From the NCBI GenBank assembly GCA_013265495.1, contig MU062288.1, forward strand, positions 744,001 through 808,000: 64,000 nucleotides of DNA, read 5' to 3'. Made by a program: the position numbers and the translations under genes. Numbering within the stretch: the first letter of the stretch is position 1; every line of letters begins with the position of its first letter. Source of the stretch: Vicugna vicugna. Its lineage: Eukaryota. The notes beneath the pieces are model-generated. The model was not told the origin of the DNA and searched no databases. It saw only the letters and a list, made by a program, of their open reading frames with translations. Positions 32,618 to 46,189 of the stretch are shown here, piece after piece.

Positions 32618-35109
32618 AATAGTGTTCTTCTCAAGAAAAAGAAAAAAAAAACCTCTTTTTTTTTTTCACATTTAAAAGCGTTCCTCACAAACCCTCTTTC
32701 TGAGCTACACTTTTTCTATTTTCTAGTGGAAATTATAACCACAGGTTACCATGTTTTCTTTCCTGTGTTTGAAAACCACTTGTGTTTTAGTGAAAACATG
32801 AAGGTGAATAATGAAACAGAAGACTTTAAAATACTACGTCCCTGTCGCTGGAAATGAAAATGTCTCATTACTGACAGCTTCCTCTGCTGCAAGAAATTCT
32901 GGTAAGCTGACAATGGAACTTTGAGTCCATCAGTCTCAGCTGAATACAAACCACATTTAATTATCCAGAGTAAACTGCACTCCCCCCCCCCGCCAAAAAA
33001 AAACAGCTACTTGTCAGAGTTTGGCTATTTTGTACCTTATGGACTTCTAAAATTGAAAGGAATGGTCACTAACTCATCACTCTATGTTACTGCTGGGGAA
33101 ACTGCGGTCCAGAGAGATGAAGAGACTCGCCCTTATCCACCAGCTTGTCAACGCTGAAGCCTGAGCATAGCCCTGGAGCTGCATTTCTCTGAAGCCAGTA
33201 CGCTCTGCACACACCACCCTGCCTCTCGGCACAGCAGATACTGGAAAGGCGTGGGGATATATATTGAGGGCTTACTTGGCAACTTCCATATGCTTTGTTT
33301 AAACTAACTCTTCCCTATGAGGTAGGTGACTGGAGGCAGAGAAGTGTTGTAAAATGTACTGAGTACCTACTATGTGAGCAGGAAGTTTGTGTCATCGGAA
33401 GACTTTGATAATCAGCATTTAGCTGCTACTGAAGAGAAAGAAAAAGGTGATGGTGCTTCTCGAAGGCTGAGAGTTGGAAACCAAATACGTTAGCATTTAT
33501 GCTTTACTAAAAGCATGGCTTGAAAATTCCCTCTGTTGCCCTGGCTTCCTTGGCAACACCAGAGATACCCCCAGGACCCTGCTGACCCACTGTCACAGGA
33601 CACATCCTAACACTCGCAGGTTTGCACAAGGGCTGCAGGCAGAGGGTGGGCTGACAAGCCGGGAGCCTGCAGTCCATCTGAACCTGGACCACACGGACCT
33701 TCCTTCTGTCCAGTGCACTCTCTGTTGCTACACCTCTCTCTGCTCTCAGCCCAGCTGGTGCCTTGGCGTGGCTGCTCCTTGAAAGATTCCATTCCAGCAC
33801 TTGATCCTGGACTCGGCAGGTGTAGAAACTCAGTTTTGCCTGGGTCATCCATCTCTGATGCAAAAACACGCACCACCATCACGGAGGGTCCACCCCATGA
33901 GATAGCTAGTATCCAATCAATCAGGAGATGAAACCACAGATCAAATGGGTTCTTCGTGAGCAAAGAAATATTTGAAAACACTATGATAGAGGAAGGTGGG
34001 TGTTGTCAAAAGGATGTTTCATCAAGTTAATCAAGGCCTATCCTTCTGCAGTTTAGGAACACATCTTTTGAAATGAACATTTTCAGCTCCTGAAGTTAAA
34101 AAGTACGATTAAGTACAATTGAATGATTCAGAAGACAAGCAGACAAAATTTAACCATCCTTTTTAAATATTCTTTATCATCTCTCAAGCTCTCTATCACT
34201 ATAAACCTTATCTTTAATTATCTCAAGTAAAAATGTACCTGGTGGTTCTTGATTGCTTTTATATTTTATGCCAGTTATTTCATGATGTTTAAATCTCAGA
34301 CATGCTACCTCCTCCCGTCTGTACTTTACATTCTTCTTCTTCTTTTTTTTTTATACTTACATTCTTGATTAGACTGCATTTGGAAATCGTCACAAACTGC
34401 CTTTCACCCAAGTTGGGAAATAATCTATTTTAAAAATTTTGAGGCACTTACCCACTGACTGTAATGTGGACTTCAAACATTCTTTTTACTGAAATTTTGC
34501 CTTTCTAGAACAAATATTTTATATTATCTATACTGAACAGGGTGCAGCAGTAGGGAACTAGGGGAGGGACAGAGACAAAAACACAAGCGCAGATCTGAGG
34601 CTGAGAGGCTGTCAGTGGGCAGGTGCGTGGTAGGATTTCAGAGAGAGGCTGCTGGGAAAATCAAAGGGCAGGGGAGCCTCCCAGAGGAAGAGGAGCCTAG
34701 AGTCGGAGCGGTGAGCATCCAAAAAGGACTGGAAGCACCTTATGTCTCACTCCTCCAGGCATCAAACAAGAAAAAAGGACCCAGAAACTTGTCTGAGGTC
34801 ACACTGTCATTAAGCTTACCTTGTTGCCATGTTGAATAGCACAAAGAGAGGGAGAGAGATAAGGAGGGAGACAGAGGGACAGAGACAGAAACAGAAAGAG
34901 AGAGACAAAGAAAAACAGAGGCAGACAGGGACGGCGGGACAGAGGGAGGAGAGAATTAACCCCTCTGCCATGCAGTCTGCACTCACTGGACTATTGAGCC
35001 GTCTGTCACCTGGGCCACCAACCCTGTTTCTGGCTACAGAGAAAGGACTTTATGAATATGATATGGCATTTCATTTTCAAATAACTTTTCAATATTCAAT
35101 TTACTTAAG

Positions 35110-35650
35110 CTGACAAACATACAGTTCGCCCATTTCTACCTCTGCCCCCCCAAGTCATCAACCTGTTCTGTGTCTATGGACTTAGCGCTTTTTGGTTTTA
35201 GGTTCCACGTACAAGAGGGATCATACGGTATTTGTCTTTCTCTTTCTGACTTATTTCACTCAGCATAATGCCTTCGAGATCTGTCCATGTTGTCACAAAT
35301 GGCGAGGTTTCAATCTTTTTTTTTTCTTTTTGCTGAATATTTTTCCGTATTCCACAGTATTCTTTCTTTATCCAATGATCCATCAGTGGGCACTTAGCTG
35401 GCTTCCCCGTCTTGGCTATCATGAATGATGCAGCAATGAACACGGGGGTGCAGGTATCTCTTTGAGATAATGATTTCATTTCCCACGGATATGTGCCCAG
35501 AAGGGGGATGGCTGGACCACATGGTAGCTCTGTTTTTAGTTTTTTCAGGAGCCTCCATACTGTTTTCCACAGTGGCTGCACCAATTTACATTCCCCCTAA
35601 AAGTGCACAACTGTTCCCTTTTCTCCAGTCCTCACCAACACTTATTTCTA
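35110..35650 (-). mobile_element. L1 ORF2 C-terminus and 3'UTR
   Basis: ORF 35198..35584 '[52 protein letters not shown]' is the L1 ORF2p C-terminal domain. Confidence 0.95.
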
Positions 35651-35664
35651 GTCTCTTTCAAATA

Positions 35665-36250
35665 ATTTTTTTAATTGGGGTTGACATGTGGAGAAAAGTA
35701 CGCAAGCCACGTACGTGCAGTGAGATGATCTTCTGCGAAGTGGACATGTCCGTGTAACCCCCTCCTGCGTCAAGCGATGAAATGTTACCAACGCAGCCTA
35801 AGCCACGCTGATGCCCGCTTCCAGAGGCTGTACCGTCCACCTCCCACAACGTAACAACCGCGCTCCTGACTTTTCACGGCAGGAATTCATTTTACTCACT
35901 TTTGAGCTTTGTGGAAATGAAATCACACAGTATGTCTTCTTTTAGACCTGGCCTCTTTCATGCAACATTACGACTATGAGATTTGTTCAGTAGTTTGTTA
36001 AAATTCGTTGCTGCATCGTGTCCACTGACTGAGGCACCACAATTTAATTATTCATTCTACATTTGGTGGACACTTGGGCTGTTGCCAGTGTGGAGTGATT
36101 ATGAACAGTGCTGCAGTAAACACGTGGTACACATCTTTCAGTGCACATCCGTATACATACCTGTGGGTTATGTCCTCATGAAACGCCTGGGTCCGTGTCT
36201 GCACATGCTCAGCTTTAGTAGCTACTACAAGTTTCCCAAAGTTGGACTAA
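35665..36250 (-). mobile_element. Older L1 (L1MD/ME-like) 3' fragment
   Basis: 'ttgagctttgtggaaatgaaatcacacagtatgtcttc...ggacacttgggctgttgccag' are antisense L1M motifs. Confidence 0.7.
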
Positions 36251-37779
36251 TTTGCACGAGAACTCCACTTTCTTCGCCTCCTCCCCATAATGTACATAAC
36301 GGAGTCACTATGTCCAGGGAGTTACAAAGCAGATTATGGAATCTGGGAGATTTTCTTTTTTAGCCAAGGGGGAAAGGTGGGGGCAGAATTTAAGTTTAGA
36401 ACCAGGGAAGAAGTCTCCATTCTATCCAAAGGAAATCACGAGGGAAAGAAAGTGAGTCTGCGAAAAGGATGTAAATAGAGATTTAAGAAAACAAATGCAT
36501 GTACAGTAGCTTCTTAGAAAAAACACTTTTCAGTGCCTTGACACTCTATGGAGCATGCAAAAGGCCGTAATAATCTCAAAAACCCATGTTTTAACACCTT
36601 CCGTTGATTCATTGTTCGGATTCGTTGGCTCTGGTCCTCACTCCCTGCCCAGGAACAGTGGGAACTCGGTAATCACCTTGCAGCAGCTAAAATGTGCAGC
36701 ATCTCAGCTGCTTCACTCAGAAGCCTTTTTAAGTTCTTAAGTCTTTTTAAGTTCTCCTGGCAGGTCAGGTCACATGATATGCAGCTTCTCAATCAATGGC
36801 TTCCTTGTTTTTTTGCTGGGGAAGAACCTTTCTCAGTGTGATTACAATGTAGCCTGCATTTCTGCAGCCCTGCTAAATTGATGTAACACCCAAACTTATT
36901 TACTTCATCTGGCAACTTAGTACAAATCGCTTTAGCCTGACCAAAAGCTTTTTCTTCTGGTTTAAAAGTGCGTGACCCAATGAGTAAACAAGGAGTTGGT
37001 TTTCTTTCACTGCGCGGTGGAAACTGCTTAAAACAAGTTACGTTTGAAGAAAAAAAAATTTTTTTAAGCCATTCTGTGGAGTTACGGGGCAAATTTAAGC
37101 AGCATCTTTAGTCATCCTTTAAGGCATTTGTGTGTGGAGGAGTAATTTTTGTCATTTAGTAAAAAGCAAAGCAGCTGGTCTTTTTAGAGCAACCAGAACA
37201 TTCTAATCATCTCCCTAAGAGTCATATTTGCATCTCCTCGACAAATAAAAGTCAACAAATCAAATAAAAATCAACCATTTTTAAACAGATATTGCAGACT
37301 GCAGACTATAAATTGTGGGCTGCTGATGGTTTCAGCTTCAGTCTCAAGATACGCGCTCTCAGCCAAGACTAGAACAAGATACCAAAGTATTAACAGTGAT
37401 CTTTATATTTTGAGATTACTAGGGTTTGTAAATTTCTTTTATATACATTTAAATATTTTTCAAATTTTCTATACTTAGTATTCATCAGTTTACAATGATG
37501 CAACATATAATAGTTATTCTAAAAATAAAATAATTCCAAAAATTATAGATAAAATCATGTTAAGGAAACATACCAAAATGTTTATTGTCTTTGGATTGTG
37601 AAGTTATGGGTAATCTGTTTTGTCTTTTTTCTTTTCTCTAGTTTCTAGATGTGTGTGCATACATATAAATGCATAACTTCTACCATATGAAAAAGTATAA
37701 ACATTATTTTTTTCAAACTCTGCATGCAGAATATGACCTCTGTGTTTAGCCTCTTTCGTTAGTGGCCAGAATTCTCTGG

Positions 37780-37975
37780 ACACAGTTCAGCGTTGGTCCA
37801 AGTGAGCCCCACCTGGGTTCTGATTCTGTGCCCACCATTCACTTGCTGTGTGATCTTGGTTAAGTTACTAATCCACTGGCCTCAATGTTAACATCTGTAG
37901 AGTGGAAGTAACACCGGCCCTGGTACAGGATTGCTATGAGGCTAACCAAGATGACACATGTAAATGGTACAGACG
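37780..37975 (+). mobile_element. MIR SINE
   Basis: 'ctgggttctgattctg...cacttgctgtgtgatcttggttaagttact...catctgtagagtgga' is the MIR core. Confidence 0.7.
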
Positions 37976-39559
37976 TTTCACAAAGGGCAATTGACCTTTC
38001 AAAGTACAACATTCTCCTCTTAAGGTTTATAGGGATCGAAGTAGTTCAGAGGTTTACCTACTCAATCTGCCTTATGAAACTGGCCAGATGTAATAGGAAA
38101 GCCTCCCTTTTCATGAATTTTAAAACAATACGATGTGTACCTGATTTTTGAGCATATCTCCATCAAGTTCAAATTTGAGATATAAAAGAATTAATTTATT
38201 TTTCTTTATTTTTTTGTGTTGTGTAAATGTACAAATATAAGCTACTGATATGGTTAAATATTACAGATTTTTCTTTAGTCATCAGAGTTATTTTATTCAA
38301 TTACTGGGCAATTCAGGTGTATGGGGGTGTGTGTGTGTGATGTATAAAATGGAGATGGAACATCTGCTCTCTGAATGCTGTGCTGAATCCCAAATGTAAG
38401 ACTTGAGTCTTTTGTTTGCTGACTGCCTAGTGACCAGCAGGAAAAGAAAAGACAAGAAAAGTGAAAAGGAAAGGAAAGAAAAAAAGAAAAAAGTCAGCTG
38501 GGATCTACTCACAACATACGAGCCAGTATAAGTTTAAAGAAATAACCAAACTCGAGGGTCAACATTTGTTGCTGAAAAACCATTTCAAGGGTGAAATGCT
38601 TGCACCACAGGATAAAACGGGACCATGGGACAGAGCACATATAACCTACTCAGAGAAGAGCCAAATATGGCCAATTTAGCCTCCTTGGGCCAGTGTTCTC
38701 ACCACTAGGGAAAAAAGAAATTACTTATATTTTCGCTTCACAAAATATTTACTTTCAAGTGAATGGCTGAAACTATGGCGTAGTCAGGAAAGCTGTACAC
38801 GGAGAAGAGAGTCATGACTGTCAAGGTCTTCCTGTGCTCTCAGTATACGACTTCCTTGAGAGTATTTGAATTTTTATACCAGTGACTATATTAATTTAGC
38901 AATGAGTAGGAGGTGCAAATTTTATTACATTTCCCATCACTAACAATTAGGACTTTCTTTTCATTGGCATGACTCATCTCAAGGGATTTGTTGTAAAAAT
39001 CAAATGAAATAATTGAAACAAAGTGTTTGTCACCATGCCCAGACACAAGCCATGAACGCACAGTGAGTTTTAGCCAGTGTGAGGTTCACTCATAATCTCT
39101 TTCTTAAATGAAGACGTAGCACCGGCCTCCCCTACCTTGTCTAAGATTTTAAAATTAGCTCAACATTACTGAGCGTATAATGACAAGAGAACTTCCAAAA
39201 ATATCACATTAGGAACATTGTTCCTTTTAGACATCAGGGTAAAACCTGCATTCACCTTTCACCACCGCACTCATGGTCTGGAAGAGTTGATAACAATCTC
39301 CCCAAGGCAACTGCATTTCAATATTAAACACAAACAAACAGAAAACCTTATTATCAACAGTAGTCATGTTTTACTTACTCTCCAAAAGGAGAACCAGTTT
39401 CTGCTTCAGGGTTTTAGGGCTCTCATTTGGCAATAAAAAATTTTTCTAATTATCCCTTTTTTCCCCACCTGGATGTCTAAAGATGGATTGAAAAGAAGAA
39501 AAACTCTCCTTCCATTGTCCAGATTGTGAATTTAAAAGACTTGTTTTTTAGCAGCTGTG

Positions 39560-39675
39560 GTGTTTTTATTGAGGTACAGTTGACTTACAGTATTATATTA
39601 TTTTCAGGTGTACAACACAGCGATTCAAAAACTGTGCAGATGATACTTCATTTATAGTTACTATGTAATAATGTA
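39560..39675 (-). mobile_element. Short L1 3' end
   Basis: 'ttttattgaggtacagttgacttacagtattatattattttcaggtgtacaacacagcgattca' is an antisense L1 terminus. Confidence 0.75.
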
Positions 39676-40899
39676 CAATAAAATACCTGGGGTTATTTTG
39701 TTTGTTTGTTTGTCTCTGCCTCTTTTGTCCAGAGATCCTACAATAATTTTGACATTTTTCTGAATAAATTTACACTAGACTCAGCATGCTTCTCAAATCT
39801 TTGGTTAGGGTGGATCGTGGTCTTCCAATTCCAAGCCAATTCATCTGGGGATTCAGGTGGACCGCTTTATAAACACTCTCTGCCAGGCCTGCGGAAAAGC
39901 AGCCAGCTGGACAAACGTCTCATGAAACTGTCCAAGCTGGTTTCCCCCAAGTGGTGACTTTCTGCAGAGATGGAAGGGTCCATGTGAAACGATCCTTTGT
40001 TCCCGTTGTATGGTCATACCCTGCTTCTCCCCTAACACCATTTCTCTCCAAATTGAGGCTCATAATAAGAACACTTTCTTTTTCATTCCAATCCCATGTC
40101 CTTTGTGGAAGGTCAGCCTCACAGAAGGGTAGCCAGAGCTGGTCTTTTGGGGAGGTAGCAAATTATCGCCAAGTAGGGCCAAATTAAAGCCAAAGAGACA
40201 TCTCAGGCTTCCTTCAGCAAATCCCAAGTTGAGGCAAGATGGACTGTGATGTCTCCAGAGCCAAGATCCCAGGGAGTCATTCGTCCCCCAGCCCTGGACG
40301 GAGAGCAGGCAGCGCGTCTTTCCCAGCTCAAGTGAACCGAAGCGGCTCCCCCTAGTCTATCCTCAGCGCGATTCCAGGAAACTTCAGGGCAGAAGCTGAA
40401 AGTGTGGAGGGGGGAGAAGTACAGAACTGAAAGTATGGGTGTGTTTAAAAGAATGAGTGGAACCTCACCACCCACATAAGCCCCTTCAGGAAATGCAGTT
40501 TCCTCTTCCAGGAAATAAAGGTGTGGAGAACTTCTGAGCAGCAGCCATGTTTATAAAACAATGAGACCATGTCTGATGCGAAGCAGAAATGCCGGGTAGA
40601 GGAGGGCAGGGAAGGCCGGCTGCACTGGACGCTGGGGTCGGAAAGGTCAGGTTTCCCTGACACCCAGCAGGAACAAGAACAAATTGGGATTTTTTTTTCC
40701 CCTTTTAGATGCAATTCAAGACAAAAACAAAAACTCTTTCCTGACATATGATGGATTTGTTTTACAAGATCCAGTCTTCAGATTAATGGGTTTCCAATTG
40801 TAGGACCACATGGTTACAGAGAAACATGGGTCTCCAGAGACCAGTTGTCCAAAAGAGAGAGAGAGGCAGAGAGCGGAGGGTCTGGTTATAGGACGCAGG

Positions 40900-41140
40900 C
40901 AGTATTCAACAGTGTCCGAGGGCGCTGCTTCAGGCGGGCCTGAGTTTAAGTCCTGGTTGTGGTACTTTATCAAATGTGGGATCTCGGGCAAGCTGTCTAA
41001 TCCTTCTAGACTGCACTGTTCTCATCTCTAAAACAGAGGTGATGGTGAGGATATAATATCTACCTCTTAAGAGTGTTATGGCGGTTCAGTGAATAGTGCA
41101 TCGAAAGCTCTCATCGCAGTGACCAGTGGACAGAAACTCC
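40900..41140 (+). mobile_element. MIR SINE
   Basis: 'gcctgagtttaagtcctgg...ctcgggcaagctgtctaatcc...ttctcatctctaaaacagaggtgat' is the MIR core. Confidence 0.7.
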
Positions 41141-41188
41141 GAATATGATGACGACCATCACCATTCGAAATGTTTTAAAACCCACTGA

Positions 41189-41531
41189 CTTTTTTTTTAA
41201 ATTGAAGTACAGTCAGTTACAATGTGTCCATCTCGTGTGCAGCACAGTGTCCCAGTCATGCATAGACATCTGTTCATTTTCATATTTTTTCCATTAAAGG
41301 TTATTACAAGATATTGAACATAGTTCCCTGTGCTCCACAAAAGAAACTTTTTAAAAATCTGTTTTTATATATAGTGGCTAACATGTGTAAATCTCAAACT
41401 CCCAAATTTATCCCTTCCCACCCCTCTTCCCTGGTAACCGTAAGATTCTTTACTAAGTCTGCAAATCTGTTTCTGTTTTTCAGATGAGTTCAGTGTCCTT
41501 TTTTTTAGATTCCACATATGAGTGATATCAT
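41189..41531 (-). mobile_element. 5'-truncated young L1 (343 bp) with 12-bp TSD
   Basis: Poly(T) then 'aaattgaagtacagtcagttacaatgtgtc'; TSD aaaacccactga (41177-41188) / aaaagccactga (41532-41543). Confidence 0.85.
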
Positions 41532-42324
41532 AAAAGCCACTGATTATTGAGTAAATTAAAACATAAGACTTTTCCCTTGAGCCCCTACATGTACTTAACC
41601 TTCTCAAATAATCCATGAAAACCCCAGCAGTGAGGAATGAGTGGGTTTGCTGTCTCCTTGGCACTGGGGCAATCACAGTCTGCCGTCTCTCTTCCGTGTG
41701 ATGGGCTCTGTTTAAGGATGGCAGGAGGAAAAGGAGGAAGGCACCTGGAAGCAGGAGGCTTCTCTTCTGCAGTCTGCGGGGAGGAGCCGGGCCTTCTCAG
41801 CAGGGGTCCTCCTTCCAGCTCTGCCACCTTGTTCTCAGCCACAGACACATCTTCCCACCAAATCACAATGGCAAATACACAGTGAGTGCCTACTGCGAGC
41901 CAGCACATGGAGGTCGGTCCATGCTCAGACCTCCTGGCTATGATCTTCCAAGAGGTGGCAGCCTCTGTGCTGGGTGACCCTGGCCTGAGGGTCCATTCAG
42001 TGCTGTTAGTTATTGATAAATGCAGGGGGTGGGGGTGGGGGCATAACTTGCAGGGAACATACTTTTATCTTTAAAAGGTGAGTGTGTTAGCTTTGCTGAA
42101 TTCATACAGATTAGGGGAAAGAGTTACCATTTCTGGTTTCCCAGCACAGGCCTGCCACAAGGCAGCAGTGTGAATTAAGTCATCAAACCCTCCTGGGGCT
42201 CGGTTTTTCATCTTTAAAAGTTTGGAGCTAGGTGTAGTCTGAGGTCCTTTTCAGCTGACGGTCTATATTTCCACAATCAGAAGCCTGCTAGTCCAAGGTT
42301 TGGCTCTTTCATACCTTTTTAATT

Positions 42325-42418
42325 GAAAGAAAGAAAAGAAAGAAGAAAGGGAGGGGAGGGAGGGAGGGAAAAAAAGAAGAGAGGGAGGAAAGAAGGAAGA
42401 GAAAGAAAAGAAAAAGGA
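42325..42418. repeat. 94-bp uninterrupted polypurine tract
   Basis: Only A and G between 42325 and 42418; includes gggaggggagggagggaggg. Confidence 0.95.
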
Positions 42419-42979
42419 CTATTTTTCAGACTAATCCGGGCTTAGTATGTCACAGCAGCAAACGCCTTGGCCAAGCACATTTTAACCACTGGGCCACAGC
42501 TGAGAGGGAGCAGCAGCACTGGTAACCAGTGCGCAGATCTTCTAACCTGAATACACAATTAACCCTATAGAGTGCAGGGAAAAGCACCCCAATCCTCCTC
42601 ACCACGAGCACCATTAGTACCACCAACCAGGCGTGAAAGTCTTCAAATGACAAGTGCATGGGTGGGACATCTCAGTGAGGCCGCAAGGGATGCCAAGTTT
42701 AAAGCAGTGCGACTTTGGAAATGATGTAGAAAAGGACAGTGTGCAGAAACAAACCATTGAAGTCAGAAACAGAACTTAGGAAGGCTTCTCCAGCGGACCG
42801 AAGGGCACCAAATCCTCAGCTGGGCCATTTTAAAAGAGCTCGGTTCACAAGTCCTTTCTGGTGTAAAAGCCGGCAAAACAGACGGAGCCCTTTTTGCCTA
42901 GTGCTCTCGCTCCTTCCCGTGGGAAGGCTCGTTTTCGCTTTTCGGTTTGGTCAGATGGAGAGTCATGTGGTCTCAGGGC

Positions 42980-43510
42980 CCCTGTTCCTCGCGCGCGCGC
43001 GCGGCGCAGCCTCCCCGGCGCGGGGACGGGGCCTGGCCTCGGGCCCGCGCCGCCGCGGGCGGGAGCGCGGGGCGGCGCGCGGGGCGGGACCTGGAGNNNN
43101 NNNNNNNNCGGGCGCACGCACCCCGCCGGCCGCCCGCTCCCGCGCCACCGCCGCCACCGCCGCCCGGCCCCGCGCTCGGCCCCCGCGGCTGCTGGCAGGT
43201 AAGTCCCCGCGCCGGTCCGCCGGCACCGGGGGGCCTGGGGCGGAGATCGGGGTGGAGGGGAAGCCGGTCCAGGAAGGGGCGAGCAGGATGACCACGGAGT
43301 CGGAAAGAGCGACAAGAGCCGCAAATCTGGGTCTAGTTTCCGTGGTCCCTCGCGGGTGGGGTGCCTGGGGTACCCGGGATGCGCGCGGACCTTGGCCGGG
43401 AGGCGGCCTGCCGGGGCTGGGTCCGGGGCGCCTCCTCTCCCTTCTCGGGTTTTCTCTCACCTGAACTAACGCGGAGGGAGGGAGGGAGGAAGGGAAGAGG
43501 GCGGCGGTGA
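42980..43510. promoter_or_regulatory. CpG-island promoter
   Basis: Very high GC and CpG density, (CG)7 at 42990-43003, Sp1 GC box ggggcgggac at 43081-43090, repeat-free; 12 N at 43097-43108. Confidence 0.92.
43109..43198 (+). other. First exon (apparently non-coding) of an unidentified + strand gene; start approximate
   Basis: Ends GGCAG|GTAAGT (GT at 43199-43200), a consensus donor inside the CpG island just downstream of the GC box; no ATG in the visible exon. Confidence 0.75.
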
Positions 43511-46189
43511 GTTTTAAGTTCTCGGCACTCATTTGGAAGGAGAGATGTTTGGTGCAGCGGCAACCTGTCCACAGTGAAATAAGTTTTCTTGGCGTTTGCT
43601 AGAGAAGCGGACGGGGTTGCCAGCATGAACGCTTCCGAACAAACCAAGTTTCTTTTCAGGGGGCTGGGGGCAAGGCGAGGCGGGTTTTGATGGATAACGA
43701 AAAAAGTCTGGTGCTCAGTCCTGTGACCTTGGGTGAGAGTGTTTGTTTTTGAGCTTTGAGGGCCGCAGGTTAAGAAAGTAGAGTTAAAGCCTTTTTTATT
43801 GGATGTTTATTGGGGCTCAGATTATCAGTGTGAAATGGATGCTAACGGCTCGGCACTCACCACGGGGATGCACGAGGGGAGACCCGAGGCAGGCGCGCCT
43901 GGAGATGCTGGGATTTCTGCCGGGAGAGCGCTAGTGTGTTGCTCTGTCTTTGGGATTGTCCTGCTCAAACTGGTGCTAATAAAAGATGATGGAGTGATGG
44001 CCCAAGCTGACAAGGAGGGGGGTGATGACAGGGGGAGAAGGCTGAAAACGCATTGCTCTGTCCCTGTCCGTGGAGAGAATGACCCATCCCTAAGGAGTGT
44101 GTGGGTCCTTCAGGTGCAGTGCCCTTTCTGGACACAAGTCTGGTGGTTTGTTGTTCCCATTGCATTGTCCCATCACTGGCTTTTCCTGGTGGTGGTGGAG
44201 AGGGGGATATTTAATAGACAAGCTCTATTCATAAGTTCCGCGTTGCCCCACCCCCCCACCCCAACCTTGTGAATCTCCGTCTTCGTTTTTTCCCCCTAAC
44301 CGATCTTTGTTAAGTCCTGTAAAATGGCAGTCTTACCGCGGATGCTTCATCTCTTTTAAAAAATGCTGTGTCTGGTGGGAAGGAGGGTGACATTTACTAA
44401 TCTGGTTGCAAATTACTTTTGAAGTTCATGCACAGCTGTTTAACATCCCTCGGAGATCAGTGCCATTGTTTGAAGCAGGTGTCTGCCGCAGACGCAGACG
44501 GATCTTGTGAGTCTTTCTTCTGCTGATTGAATGCACATATATTTAAAGACACAGCATAGGAGGAGCTTCTAAAAGCTTCAAAGCCCCAGCTGTGGAACTC
44601 CTCCAAGTGAGCAATTAAGTCTAAATTAAGTTGTTTTGTTTTGGGTTCCCCCCCCCCCTCATAAACTTTTATCTCTGATTTCAAGAGTCGCCTGTTCGGC
44701 GTCACCAGCCTTTGTTCCAGCCTCTTGTGATTTTTCTTGTAAACTTTTAAAACGTAAACTTCCAGGGAGGACTCTTGCCTCTACCCTCTGCCTTGTCATG
44801 TTCACTTCCGCCAGCGTCTTGTGCGGCAGGTAGTGGCTCCGGGATGGCAAGAAGCTCTTGCACCAACTTCTTTGTCGTTCCTCCTCCGGTGCCCATCTCC
44901 CTCCAACAGAAGCTTCGTTACTGAGTCTGCTTGGAAGGCACCTGGATCAGCAGCTGAACTTCCTGTTGTTGGTAGGTCACTTGTCTTTCAGGTGTGCAGG
45001 GATGTTACTCAGCCACACCTCGGTCCTTCTTAGAGTCTCAGAGACCCCTTTCAACACAGATGTGAGCTTTCTCTGTTATGGCAGGTCCTGGAGACCCCCT
45101 TGAACAGCCTGTTTGCCTTTGGCTGTTTCTCTAAAAGTCCCTCATTCTGCGGCAATATATTCTCGAAATTCGTCTGTGTAATGAATTTGATGTTTTATCT
45201 AAAATTCCGTGTGGACTAGCTCTAGGATTTTCTTCTGAGCATGTGGGCTTATGTACAAATCTGTAACTGGCATTCAGGAATTAATCTCCACAAATCTTCT
45301 TACAGTGCAGAATTTGATGATAGGACATTTGTCTTCTTTCAAAATACGAGTAGGAATCAGTACTTCCTGCCCTTAACGCATTTCATGGTTTAGGGTTACT
45401 GATGACCTTGTTTGCCCCTGGAAGTATTGCTAATATAGTACTGTAATGCGACTGTGTGTTAATAAGGGTATTTTTGACTTCAGGGGACTTCCTTTTCATA
45501 GGGTTCAATCTTTTATCTCTTTTTTTTCCAAGTCGTTTTCACAAATCATTTAATAAATAAAAAAATTGTTGTATGGTCAAAAATCCCAGAGAACATAGAT
45601 GTATCATTTGATTTTATACAATTTTATGTCATTTTGTTGCCCCCAAATCAAATTGTAATTGAAAGTAAGGGAACCAAGTCTTGTGGTGACATACGTAGCC
45701 TTTAACTCTCTGTTTCTATTATTTTAAAACTTTGAGCGTCTTGTTTTCAAGCAGGAATGCACCCAGCTTTGATTTTTAATACCTGTTCTAGCTGTTAAGG
45801 CAGGGATCAGGAGAATCTTACAGAAACACATGATGTTGAAGCGGAAAGATGAAAAAGCTGTTTCCTTGCAGTAGTGGAAACATCTTTCATTGTTTTAACC
45901 TGTCGAGCATTTATACACAAATTCACATTGCTCTGTCACCTAAAAATATCCTTGGGATGGAACGGGAACCAGGGATTTTGGAAACTAGGAATGGCTCACC
46001 TCAAGCCTAGAATCGTAGATTTCCGCTCTGGGATGAGATTGGCAGATATTAAAGGCACACACTGGCCACACGTACTTTTATAGATTGGCATTAACTTTTG
46101 AATTAAGCTAATAATATTGATGGTAGTAATGGAACCAACAAAAGCAATAAGGCATGGTTTTATCCATGCATTTTTATTTATAATTTATG

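Noticed and set aside
32791-32901. Possible 111-nt + strand exon ending CTG|GTAAGC
   Set aside because: Stops in all three frames and no upstream promoter or partner exon identified; likely pseudo-exon.
35198-35584. 128-aa ORF with clear protein homology
   Set aside because: It is the L1 ORF2p C-terminus in a truncated element, not a host gene.
42739-43647. Several long ORFs (up to 241 aa) on both strands over the CpG island
   Set aside because: Ala/Arg/Gly/Pro-rich products of GC-rich, stop-poor DNA; they cross the splice donor and an N run; no recognisable domain.
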